Both the position numbers and the translations under genes were made by a program. The notes beneath the pieces are model-generated. The model made no database searches, was not told where the DNA came from, and saw only the letters and a program-made list of their open reading frames with translations. A stretch of 64,000 nt of DNA from Tubulanus polymorphus (Eukaryota > Animalia > Nemertea), in assembly GCF_964204645.1 (NCBI RefSeq), contig NC_134033.1, positions 1,136,131-1,200,130 on the forward strand, given 5' to 3'. How positions within the stretch are numbered: position 1 is the stretch's first letter; every line of letters starts with the position of its first letter. This document shows positions 44,001-56,247 of this stretch, piece by piece.

Positions 44001-47000
44001 CAAGTCTATAAAACCAGTCCCTGTTGGGTTCAAGTTAAAACTGGTTTATACAACCAGACCCTGCAGGGTTCAAATTGAGACTGGTCTATAAAACCAGCGC
44101 CTGCAGGTTTCAGATTGAGACTGGTCTATAAAACCAGCCCCTGCAGGTACAAGTTAAAACTGGTCTATAAAACCAGCCCCTGCAGGTTTCAAATTGAGAC
44201 TGGTCTATAAAACCAGCCCCTGCAGGTACAAGTTAAAACTGGTCTATAAAACCAGCCCCTGCAGGGTTCAAATTGAGACTGGTCTATAAAACCAGCCCCT
44301 GCAGGGTTCAAATTGAGACTGGTCTATAAAACCAGCCCCTGCAGGGTTCAAATTGAGACTGGTCTATAAAACCAGCCCCTGCAGGGTTCAAATTGAGACT
44401 GGTCTATAAAACCAGCCCCTGCAGGGTTTAAGTTAAAACTGGTCTATAAAACCAGCCCCTGCAGGGATTGGACTGATAATGAAGGATTTTAGTTGGTGGG
44501 TGTCATTGGAACCGTTCAAAGTTTCTTCTTAACGTACGAGAAAGTGCTTTGATCGAAGCCGAACAGAAACAGATGGATCTACAGTGGAAAGCGTTACAAC
44601 ACGAGAAACTCGTTCAGCTGATCAGCGAGGAACAGTTGTTACACGTAACTAGGGAACTAGCGGTCGAAGCGTGCAAAGAGTTCCTGTATATATCCAGCAT
44701 GGCGACGCACATGTCAAATCTATTAGTCATGAGACAAGCTGAGGTTAGTAATATTTATTATTATCATTATTTTTATTATTCATTTTGTCTTCATAATTCA
44801 CATATGCCTGATACCTAATGCAAAATGATATTTGTAAAAAAAAAACAGGTTCCTGTAATGACAGGAACCTAGATAGAGCCAGGCTGAATACCCACCCGCA
44901 TGGGATATCCAGGTTGCTGTGGAACTGGATCACTTACAATTGTGGAACTGAATCCTGAGTTTAGTAAAAACTCGAACTCAAAATTTTGAAACTGAATCCA
45001 GAGTTCAGAGTTTAGTTATGACAATAAAACTGGATCCTGAGTTCATTTTCAACGTTTTTACTCTTAAAGATTCAAATTAGACTCAGAACGTTGAAACTGG
45101 ATGCTGAGTGGGAAAACAGTTCGTAGAGTACCGTAGTTTCGAAAGTCAAGGCTCAAAAACAAGAAAAAAGAACTTAAGTTTAAAAAAAAAATATTCATTG
45201 ATTCTGAATAATTTTGCGACTTGTTTTATTTTGTAGCACGTGACGACAAACGATCCGTCTGGTCGCGACCCGAACGACTCTTTATTCCCGGTCGTCACGA
45301 ACGGTTACTTCCAAGCGACGAACCTACGCGACCGTCAACGTGCCGACGTCTACGCTCACTGTCAACACCTGACGTACGTCGCTGCAGACGACGAAGACGC
45401 GCTGGTCGTCGACGACGACGACCAGGACGCGGAGACGATCGATTACGATCGCGTCGTGCCGGTCGAACTGCTCGATACCGACTCGCATCCGTACGACTCG
45501 CCCGATGAGAAACTCGCGAAGGAACGTCTCGATCGGTATCGGCGTAAAGAGCTGCAATACTGGTCGAAATTAACCGCACGAGTCTTCTCGTTGACCTTGA
45601 ACTCTCGACCGAGTCGTCTGCAAGCGTCGCCGTCTGCTCGGTATTTGGCAGTCGCTACGATAAAAGGTCGGTTTATGAAAAGATTATCGGGTTCAGGGGC
45701 AGATCCAGCTCCGGTCGCAATTCTCCTGTGCAATTTTGAAAATAATATGATAATTTCCTACTGGGCATTTTTTCCACCCTCAACCAATAAGACAGCGCTT
45801 GTATTCTCTTAAATGCCTAGAAATTTTCCAGACCCTTCTTTAGGCTGTGTGGATGCTCAACTTTCCCTTTTCAGTATATAATCCCTTTTCATTTCTTTGT
45901 ACTTCTGTCAAAGCCTCCCCTGGATCCGCCCTTCGTTAATTTTCCAATCTTGGTAAACCATAAATAAAGTCTTGTTTTCAATGTTTTGGTACGGGAAGAT
46001 TTCCACTTTTATACAAACTCTTGACTTTCTGAATGTACTAGCTTAAAGAATGAATTTCGATGTTTTTGTTTTTTTAAGGTGATTTGTTCGTTTACGATTT
46101 GCACAAACAGCCGTGGCAACCGGTGCGTATTTACAGAGAACAGCAGACGTCGTCGTCATCGTCGAAACTGTCGTCTGCTATCTCAGAAATCGCGTGGAGT
46201 CTGGACGAAGCTCAAATCATCACAATCAACGACGGGGTACATAGGGATAGAAAGAACAATTTTTTTTGGCGAGAAACTTTAGAGAAAGTGTTTTCAAAAT
46301 TTAATAAATTGCCCATGGGCAAAGTGTGGTTTACCTTGAAAGCTAGAGGTTGTTTGGGGTAAGGGCATTGCTTGAAAAATCTTTTTAATTCGTGACTTCA
46401 AAGTTCTATTGTATTTCATCTTTCTCAAAGAAATATTTTGTAGTCAAATAAGACCAAAAATATACATTTGTTTGGTCCACGTCCAAAATTTCGTAGGGTA
46501 CAGGTAGGCGCGGCAGGGAAACTATTTTATATTTTCAAAGAAATATTTTTCACAATATGAAAAAATATTCAAATAAAATTCATATGATGTCACATATCAG
46601 AGAGTGGCTGAATATTGAGTCTTGGGAACGAAACCTCTTCCAATGTATGGCCGTGGAATCTAAAACACCGGAGCGTAGTATTAGATCGTTTTAAATCCTG
46701 GAATTTACTACTACAATATTCAGACCTCGACCTATACCTATAGTTTGCTGCTTAATATTTTCAGGTCACAAGAAATTACAATTTATTATAAATTATATCA
46801 AACAGAAAACATAGCGCTCATCTTCTGTTGATGAAATGTCAGACGCGCCAGCAGGCAGCGTTTACAGTATCACTATAGTAGTGTATACTGTACGAGCGTG
46901 TGTTTGTGTATGCAACAGTCTATAGCACAGTCTATAGGCCTTGTGTAAGTGAATGTTCGCTTGTACTTCAGTCTGGATCAAATTGATCACCGGGTATCAA

Positions 47001-49171
47001 AATGAAACAATACCTATGGCGGACAATAATTACATTCTCATCAGCAATGAGCATTTGAAATTTGCACGTACGGCACCTAGTCCAATGAAACGTTCGCCAT
47101 TCTATGGCTTTCCCATGATTATTTTAGTAGCGCCGGAATTCCCCGTATATCCCAAAAACAGCCAATCACATTCGCTCGTAGAGACAACGCCCCTCAAACG
47201 AGGTCATTGCAATTATATACGCGAGAGCTAAGAATTTTCCCGCCAAAAACAGTTTTTTGTAGAATTTAAACAATGTTGACCATGTCATCGACGGAGGTTC
47301 GCCATATCTTTAATCGCGTCGATTATACGTCGTTTAAGCCGAGAACCAAATAGACAAATGCTCACATAAAAAAACGTACCACGATTTTACATGAATTGGC
47401 TCAATGCCAACTTCATATCGCTGACAAAGGTAAACCAAAAACCAGGACCTGGTTTCATAGACTGAGTATCAAAGTTATCCCTTGGGGTAAATCATCAATC
47501 TGGATGACAACCACCGTAGTAACAATGAGAAACACGGGCTATAACTGACAAATTTCAAAATATTCCCAGGGACTAATTTTCTTCATCATCTATGAAACCA
47601 GGCCCTGGTAAAGTTGCCATTGGCTGCTTCATGTTTTCAATAAGCTCAACAATTAAAACGGTTTTTGGTTTGGTCACTATTGGTTAATCCTTATTATCAA
47701 CAGACGCGTTAAACTAGACGAGTTAAACTGGGTTCTTTTTCTATATTTGGCCTAGTCGAAATTAGTAACTTCAGAATCTTCAGAAAAAGTGCAATAATCA
47801 AAATTGTTTTAAGATTTTTATCGCAGTAACTATGATAACTTCATGATTGTTTTATCGTTAATTTTGGTTTGTAGGGTTTGGTGAATGTTTGGGGATTTCA
47901 GACGGGTCTATTCGCACCGTCTGCTGCTCAGGAGACCACCACGTCTGCCGCTGTCCCGGCAACGGCCCTGAAATCGACGAAAGACGACCTCGGCGCGAGG
48001 GTTCCCGTTCCGCTCGCGCAAATATCGATGGACAAACAAAAACAAGCTCTAGTCTTCAATGCAGGTCGGTGTTCGTTAACGTAGTTATCTCTCGGGCCGC
48101 GGTTTGGGCAAAATATCAAAATCTAGTTCCAAATATTTTCATTCATAGTTTGTTCACTAATTGAGGGAGTCAATAAGCAGAAAAAAAATTGTCCTTTGAA
48201 CCCAGAACTGTGGAATTGGGTCCAGAACTGAGGAACTAAATCCAGAACTGTGGAACTGAGTCCAGAACTGTGGAACTGGGTTCAGAACTGTGGAACTAAA
48301 TCCAGAACTGAGGAATTGGGTTCAGAACTGTGGAACTGGGTTCAGAACTGTGGAACTGGGTTCAGAACTGTGGAACTGGGTTCAGAACTGTGGCACTGAG
48401 TCCAGAACTGAGGAATTGGGTTTAGAACTGTGTAACTGGTTCCAGAACTGAGGAACTGGATCCTGAATGGTGAAAAAGGGTGTCCCAAGCCAACCAGAAC
48501 TGGGTTTCAAATTGTCAAACTGGCCACAACTGTGAAACTAGATCCTTCTGCGTATTGTCGATGAAATTGTAAATATTGTTTGTTCAATATTCTATCATTC
48601 AGGTCCGTTTGCTGAAATTCGCGTACATGATGAACTATACTCACCTTGTTTGGCTCAGTTTCATACGTGTTTATCACTGATGGGAGTTCAGGTACAAAAA
48701 CCAAACCAAATCTCTTTCAAAAATCATTGTGCATTATGTTAGGATTAATTTTTCGAGGATTGTTATTTTCGTTTGTTCGTCGTTAGAGGTCGATATGTTT
48801 ATCGTTGGAGAACGGAGACGTATTGAAATGTGAGTTAGAGAAACGTTTATACGCCGCGTCGGACGGATTCACGGAATCGACGAGAATTCTCGACGAAAAT
48901 GTAAGAATAAAACATCATGGGGGGGGGGCAGTCGCTCAAAAAGTGGTTAAAGATAACCGGTGGATAAATACCATAGTAACGATGAAATTTCAATTGTCAC
49001 TATGTCAACTATCCACTGGTTAACTCTAGCCAACTTTTGAGCAAACTCAATTCATTTTCAATTGACTTAGCCCCCAGGTTAAAGGTAATACCAGTCTATA
49101 AAACCGGGCCCAGCTGTTTTATGGTGACAATTTTTGTCCCTCTTAACAGGACCTTAAATCATGTTAATTAT

Positions 49172-49215
<44 letters not shown>

Positions 49216-52200
49216 TTATTATTATTATTATTATTATTATTTTCTGATAGAATTACAACAAGTTATAATAATGATATTTCTAACATAAGATGTTGTAATA
49301 ATACAGCAGGGAAAGGCTAGAAAAGCAAAGCTTGTGGTATAACCCACCCTCGGATTCATGCATTACTCTCTTAACATCTCTCTTAACCCTTTCAGTGCTG
49401 ACTACTTAATACCCTATAGTGCTGAAGATAATTTGAAAATTCTGAAAAATTCCATCCTAGCGTGTTGAACAACGGGAATACCACTGTAGTGCATCTACAC
49501 CGTGGTGCGGTGTATCGTTAGTTACTTGTATTTCACTATGTCTGATAGGTGCTGCCATTTTTCAAGAGATAATTACTAATTACATCAATACACCGCAGTG
49601 CGGTGTACTAGCAAAATCTATCACTGATTTATACACTGCACTGTGGTGTAGACGCACTGAAAGGGTTAACAGTTAGTTTGTTTTTCTTACTTTATCCATT
49701 ATTTTCTTGTTGTTTGTTGTATTTCAGTTGAGAACGTCAGTGCCTAGTCATATCGCGGCCGAAGTTGAAACTGAATTGTTGCGAGCTCATAAATACCCGC
49801 TCATACACATCGGTGTCGTCTGCTCGACTCAGAATCTGTTCACGCTCGATAATAAAGGATTTCTATTCGTTTGGAGATACAGCAGGTACTGTATTGATTA
49901 TCAATCTAATCTTACAGACCGCAGCCACTTTCCGCCCATTTATAAATCCCTTGAGATTTCCCTGATTTTTCCATGTGATTACACGAAATTCCCCTGAGAG
50001 TGAATCTGAGAGTTTTCCTGGATTTATCACATTCATTACATTTATTAAATTTATCACATTTCCTGATTTTTTTCTCGATTTTTTGCTGATTCCCTGGACC
50101 CAGTTCCGCAGTTGTGATTTAGAGTTAACTCTGAGTTAAAGTTAGTTCATTTTCAATGAGTTAACTCAGAGTCAAATCTTAACTCACAACTGTGGAATTG
50201 GACCCTGAGTTTTCCAGGTCACCCTGCTTTCCTAGGATATGCCCCTGAGATTCATGAATTCACTATTGTTTTTACAGTCTCGAGGTGACTGAATACGGCT
50301 GGCTCCAGCCTCATCGTAAATTCCGTATTGATTTAACTAAAGTCATGTACGAACCGCAAGAAACGGCAAAACCAAATGTAAGTCGAACTTCTGCACACTG
50401 TAGACTCCTTGAAATAAAAATGGTAACCTCCATAAACCCCCTATGACATCATCAAATTTGCTTCTAGTGATTTGAAATATGTATAGTTCCTAACAGAAAA
50501 GATGTCTGCCTTCAAGAAATTCCCCTATGACATCATCAAATTGCCTTCTATTGATTTGAGCTACAATGGATCCTAACTGAAAAGATGGTTGCCTCCTTAG
50601 ACCCTCTATGACATCATCAAACGCCATGTGATTTTAACTCTAGGTCTTAACACTCACAGAACAGATGGCTGCCACCATAATTCCCCATATGACATCATCG
50701 AACATCTTCTGCTTTTAGATAATATTCAGTGATAAGTTGAGCAGTAAACCACGAACTCGACAGCAGATCGTTAGAGAACGGCAGACGGCTCAGGAAGAGT
50801 TGGATCGAGCTCATTTAGTGAATCCTTGGCATCAGGAATACGTGGCTGACAGAGATCTCATGGTACGTTATACGGGGGGAGGATCTCGGGGAGGTTGAAC
50901 AGAGGGAGGATCTCAGGGAGGTTGGACGGGGGGAGGATCTCGGGGAGGTTGCACGGGGAGGGGCCTTAAAGAAAGGGAAGTGTTTAAAACAGCAACACCG
51001 AAGACCACAAGTGGGTTGCACCATCGGGATTAGATATTTATCATGAAATTCATCCAAAAGGCCGCAACTATCTACAGGGTGTCTCAAAAATAATAATTTA
51101 ATTCATTAGTAACCTTAAGGCAAAGGGTTACATATTTTCTGAGACACCCTGTACAGTTTTCACACTGTCTTGACAGAAGGCGACATATCAGTTGTACTGT
51201 GGAACCAGGACCAGCACCTTGTTCCACAGTTCAGAATCCACTTCTACGGTAATAACTATGAACTCAGTTCCACAGTTCTGAATCCGGTTCCACTTTTCTG
51301 AATGCAAATCCACAGTTACTGGACCCATTTCCACATTTACTGGGCTCAGTTCCACATTTACTGAACGCAGTCCACAGTAACTGGACTCAGTTCAGGCTTT
51401 AGTTCCGAAGCTCTTCATTTTTTTTTGGCAGACGCGAATCTATCGTCCAGACGAACAGATCACGGAGTCGGGTGGATTGTTCCACGTCACCGTTAAACAT
51501 CACTCTACGAATCAACTAGCTACGTACATCACGCGAGTCTACAAACCGATCAGAGTAAAGTCTACGCGATTCTACGGCAGTCGACAAACAGCAGACGGAC
51601 GATTCCTCATCCTGCTTTTACTGTTCCCTACTCATCTACCGAAACGTGAGTAGTCCGAAAAAAATTGATTATTCGACTATTTTATTTCCGGCCTTAGTTC
51701 ATACTATTGCATTCGATCAAACACAACTTAAGACCAGATTTAAGACAATCTTTAGACTCAAGTTAACAAAGATGAGTTCAGAAAGAGAAGCTTAAGACCG
51801 GTTTCAATATCTAAGAGAACTAAGACCTGGCTCTTTAACAACCGGAATTGAACTACAGTAAACTCTGCTTAAGTCTGATCTTTTGCGACCACAAAAATGT
51901 GTCCGACTTGAGTGATATCCGAGTAGATGTTATGTATTTCATATAAATAGTGTCACAAAAAATATTTCAACGAACATCATAGTTCGAGTCTACTGTAATT
52001 TGAATCAATAGCCTGCATAAATCCCCCTATGACATCATCAAATCATCTACTAGTAACTCCAGATGAGATGGCTGTCTGCATAAATCCCCCTATGACATCA
52101 TCAAAAAATATTTCAACGAACGTCATAGTTCGAACGGTTTTCCGATTCGAGCAGAGTCTACTGTAATTTGATTCGATAATGTTAACTGGGTCTACAACTG

Positions 52201-54684
52201 TGGAACCGAGTCCCCAACTGTGGAACTGAGTCCCCAACTGTGGAACTGAGTCCACAGCTTTGGAACTGGGTCCACAACTGTGGAACTGAGTCCACAGCTT
52301 TGAAACCGGGTGCTAACTTCAGTTTATTCTTCCAGGGTCTCATTTAACGATATTAAAGTTAGATTTGGAATCGTTTCGAATGACCGATTATCGTAAAGAT
52401 ATTTTCCTCACCGATAACGAATACGAATCTCTGAGAACGTTGGATATCGTCGACTGGGAGGTCAGTATACAGCCTCCGTTATAAATCCCCCTATGAAATC
52501 ATAAATCCCCCTATGACATCATCTCTAATTATCTAAGCCTACTAGAAACTTTACAGAAAAGATGTCTACCTCCATAAATCCCGCACGACATCATAAATCC
52601 CCCTATGACATCATCAAATTGTTTACGAGTAACTTTCCAGATGAGATGGCTGCCTGCATAAATCCCCCTATGACATCATCAAATCATCTACTAGTAACTC
52701 CAGATAAGATGGCTGCCTTCGAAAATCCCCCTATGACATCATCAACTTGTTTACTAGTAACTCTCCAGATGAGATGGTTGCCACCATAAATCCCCTTATG
52801 ATGTCATCAATTAGAAATTTAGATTCATCATCTACACTAAATCTTTAACAAAATGAGTTGTTGTAGATGAACCGTAGTTCAATGATTGATGTAGTATTGT
52901 TGCGCGTTGCTATGTTACAGATATCGCTTTGTTACGCTACGACCGGCGCGGAGTATCTATTTCTGAATAAGAACGGCGATTTGACCGCTTATTCACTTAA
53001 CACCGGACTGAAAGTCCTGAAACTCGTTGCTCCGAAACAACGAACAGCAGACGCAGGTGAGTGACAAGGCTGAATGTGAGGTGGGTGTAGTGAGGGGTTG
53101 GAGGGGAGAGAGGAGTGAGGAGTCTAGTGAGGGGCTGAGAGGGGAGAGAGGAGGGAGTAGAGAGGAGTGAGGGGCTGAAAGAAGTGAGGTGGGTGAAGTG
53201 AGGAGCAGGAGGGGAAGAAAAGGCGAGGGGAGTGTAGCTAGGGGCTGAGGTTTATCTTAAATCGATTTAGGCCTTAATCCTTTTCGTGAAACTGGACCCA
53301 GTTCCTCTGGATATGGCTGCACAGTCCGACCTTGAGTTAAACGAACGTCTGAAACTGAATAAAACTGTTTATTTGTTGTCTGTGTTTCAGGTTTTGTCGG
53401 GTGTCGATTGAATACACAAGTCGTACAAATGGTCGCTAGTCATAAACTGAGCGTTACAGGAACAAACGGACAGATGTATCTAATCTACCATAACAAGGTT
53501 GAATCTACTTTACAGTCTACATGTCCTGAGCCCAGTTCTAAGTTGTGACCTAAGTCCAAAAAATTGTCTTGGTCTTGATAGAACTACTGAACTGAAATGG
53601 TCTTAGACCGGTTTCACATCTACATTTAAGTCTACGTTTCAGTCCTGTTTCAACAAATTTTTATGTTGAATATTTCGAATTTTTTTTCAAGGATTCTTCT
53701 TCGTTGCGAGTGCTTGAATTTGTGGATAAAAACGAGGATGTGGACAGACGGAATATGTGGAAAATCTACGAAGCTTGGTAAGAGAGTTTTAGAGTAACCG
53801 GTCAACCCCTCGACTGTGAAACGGACACGAGATTGATAACGTAAAGTTTCCCTAATTTCAGGTCAACGGCGTCTGCCATTACTCCTCCGCAGCACCGCGT
53901 AACAATCAACGAGACGTATCTCGGCGATGAGACGGAACATCCGTTTATTTTCTGTCGCAACGTCGTAAACAGTATTCTCGATTTCGTCGTGGAATTCGAA
54001 GAGGGTCCGTTCACGCCGGCGCAGAAAACGGCTCACTCGGAAATAGATCGCGTCGAAAACTACCGTCTGCTACTCTTACAGGTACATGTCATCATTAACT
54101 AGGTCAACATGTACATGTGACATGATCCAGATCAACATAACATATAAAACTAGATTAACATGTTATGACATACACTAGTTCAAAATGTCATAAGTTAATG
54201 TTTACATGTGACTTGTCATAAATTAGGTCAAAATGTACATGTGACATGTCTTAAATTAGGTCAATGCCACAAATTTTAAATCATCAAATGAAAAAATTAC
54301 ATCTTGCTACCACATGTGTAAACCAGATGAACATGTTGTACATGTGACTTATTAAATAAGATCATGACATGTTATTTAAACTTGGATATGTTTAAAAAGG
54401 TGAAAGATTTTTCAAAATATTTGTATTTTCAGGTTCCACAGCCGTTCGGAACTCCGACTAACTCCACAGCTGCCGCAGGTGCTGCCACCACGGTTAACGG
54501 AAATCAACAGTCGTCTGTCGCCGGGTCGAACGCAGCTCAGCAGACGAACTCGCGACCGGCGAGTAATACTCATAATATCAGCGGTAACGCTACTCCGAGA
54601 CGTAATACTCCGAGAGCAACAACTCCGAGAGCTCCTCCGAGAACCACCTCAAATCTAACTCCAAGACCTTCCAATAATAACTGA
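41010..54684 (+). CDS. Uncharacterised ~1200-aa protein with helical/coiled-coil N-terminus, WD40/beta-propeller-like middle and low-complexity C-terminus
   Basis: 23 exons: 41010-41170, 41376-41439, 41693-41783, 42263-42377, 42700-42800, 42977-43124, 43536-43733, 44545-44743, 45237-45666, 46079-46236, 47875-48064, 48603-48691, 48787-48900, 49728-49885, 50278-50377, 50719-50862, 51432-51645, 52336-52460, 52921-53056, 53391-53497, 53692-53777, 53862-54081, 54433-54684; 3600 nt, all junctions in phase with no internal stop. WD-like strands: SPSARYLAVATIKGDLFVYDL, ISEIAWSLDEAQIITINDGGLVNVW, HKYPLIHIG..LFTLDNKGFLFVW. I do not recognise the family. Confidence 0.85.
41529..41638. mobile_element. 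Short piggyBac-like MITE
   Basis: TTAA-CCCTTTCAGCGC...GCGCTGAAAGGG-TTAA. Confidence 0.85.
42400..42628. mobile_element. Dispersed repeat, probable non-autonomous DNA transposon
   Basis: Inverted copy at 59049-59275, which has TAAGGCC...GGCCTCA ends. Confidence 0.6.
43734..44544 (+). other. U12-type (minor spliceosome) GT-AG intron
   Basis: 5' end GTATCCTTTA; branch-site-like TTCTTAAC at 44526-44533 about 12 nt before AAG (44542-44544); no polypyrimidine tract; this junction keeps exons 7 and 8 in frame. Confidence 0.8.
43876..44465. repeat. 40-bp minisatellite (CTGCAGGGTTCAAATTGAGACTGGTCTATAAAACCAGCCC)
   Basis: About 14 units, homogeneous at the 3' end, filling the U12-type intron. Confidence 0.95.
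47446..47604. mobile_element. MITE with GACCTGGTTTCATAGA / TCTATGAAACCAGGCC TIRs
   Basis: Inverted termini flanked by CAG and CTG. Confidence 0.7.
49173..49240. repeat. (AAT)n immediately followed by (ATT)n
   Basis: Inverted trinucleotide microsatellite pair. Confidence 0.95.
49387..49665. mobile_element. piggyBac-like MITE, second copy
   Basis: TTAA TSDs, same TIRs, internally similar to 25334-25572. Confidence 0.9.
50097..50204. mobile_element. Hairpin MITE whose termini are the CCAGTTCCACAGTT motif
   Basis: Arms GACCCAGTTCCGCAGTTGTGA / TCACAACTGTGGAATTGGACC with CTG on both flanks; second copy at 58218-58315. Confidence 0.8.
51075..51151. mobile_element. Tc1/mariner-like mini-MITE (77 bp)
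   Basis: TA-CAGGGTGTCTCA...TGAGACACCCTG-TA. Confidence 0.85.
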
Positions 54685-56247
54685 ACTAACTCATAGATCT
54701 GTTGTCTGTATCCTCGACTGTCCGTGTCCGGCCTCAGAAGTTTGTATATCAATAACATAATTTTGCATATATTTACATATTTTTGCATAAATTATCATAT
54801 ATTACATCTATTAATGTCTCAGGGGTGTTTGCATAATTATTAATCATTAGGAAATAGTCAGTTGTTTTTCTATATAATGTATAAATCTAATGTATCTTCC
54901 GTCCAAATATATTGTGATACCAGTTAGTCGGGCCCCGGTCCACAATCGGAACTTAACTAAATCCGGTCTTAGTTCGTTCGTTTTGGTCCTGTTAGTGATA
55001 CTGCTTGGATTTAACATTTCTCATAAGTCTGAACAGAATACATTATACAGTCTCTCTGTATCAGGTTCAAATCCTCGCCAGGAGTGGATGGGGAACTGTG
55101 GAACTGGATCCCCGACTAGAAATACTCCACAATACTGATAAAATTAATATATTTTGTACCTTTTTATCGCATACCGCCAACGCCATTTTTTAGACCAGTT
55201 GTATTTTTACTTGACTCAAGTGACAAATTGTTTAATCCGATTAAACTAAGACGGGTTGAAGTTAAAACTGATTTAGAACCCTTTTTTGGTGGTTTATAAT
55301 GAATTGATATACATGTACATGTATTAATGTTTTATGACAAGTAAAGTCTCATGAATATTCATCATTTAAACACATTTTATCTCGAGTCACTCTTTTTAGG
55401 GACCGTTCACTAAGTATGAGGCAATATCTTGTAAGGCTCTACATCGTTATTTTACAAGATGTTCCCTTTTTGCTCTTTCCGAGCTTCAATCCTAAGCGGC
55501 CTCGGTTGTTCAGTGAGATAAGGTGTAGTGCTGTTGAATTAACTATCAGTGCTGAGTCCTGGTGACTGCTTTAGTGTGTCCCGTCATGAGGTTGAATGAA
55601 AAATCCAATAGTGTTAGTCTTAAGAAACCAAGATCCAAGTGATGTAAAGCCAAGCAAACAAAATCTGTCAGCTTTATTCTAGTACATCTGTTTGCAGGGG
55701 TGGAAGGTTGGTCTCGGGGGTCTAGACCCCTGCCTACCCATTGAGGTTGCCATATTCGTAATGTCAAAGATCATTGAAACCTGCAAAATATTCAACACAT
55801 CCTCTCGGAAAATTGGAACCTTTGGATGTACTTCTTCAAAAAGATCTTAAATGACGAGGGTAAGACCCCAATTAGTAGCCTAAGAAATTCTTTTGTCTCG
55901 GCCCCAGCCTCCCAAATATCCTAGATCCACCTGTGGTCTGCTCTTAATGTAGCAATTCAAAATTCATCCGAAATCAACAAGCAAACAACAATTGAAAGAT
56001 TAATTCTAAAATATTTACAATTCTATTACCACAGTGTCGGACAGAAAATATTTGTAGATTTTTACAAAAATGTACACGATGTCTAAACAACAGAAAATAT
56101 TATTTGGTACTCGAGAGAGTTTGATGCTCTTCAGACCTTCGGAACTGGCTGCAAAAGTAGTTAAAGCTCTTTTAAAATAAATGCACATTGTTTCGTTAGT
56201 CCGCGTTGAGGACTCGCCCCTGGCTCCAGATATGAGAATCTCTCATC

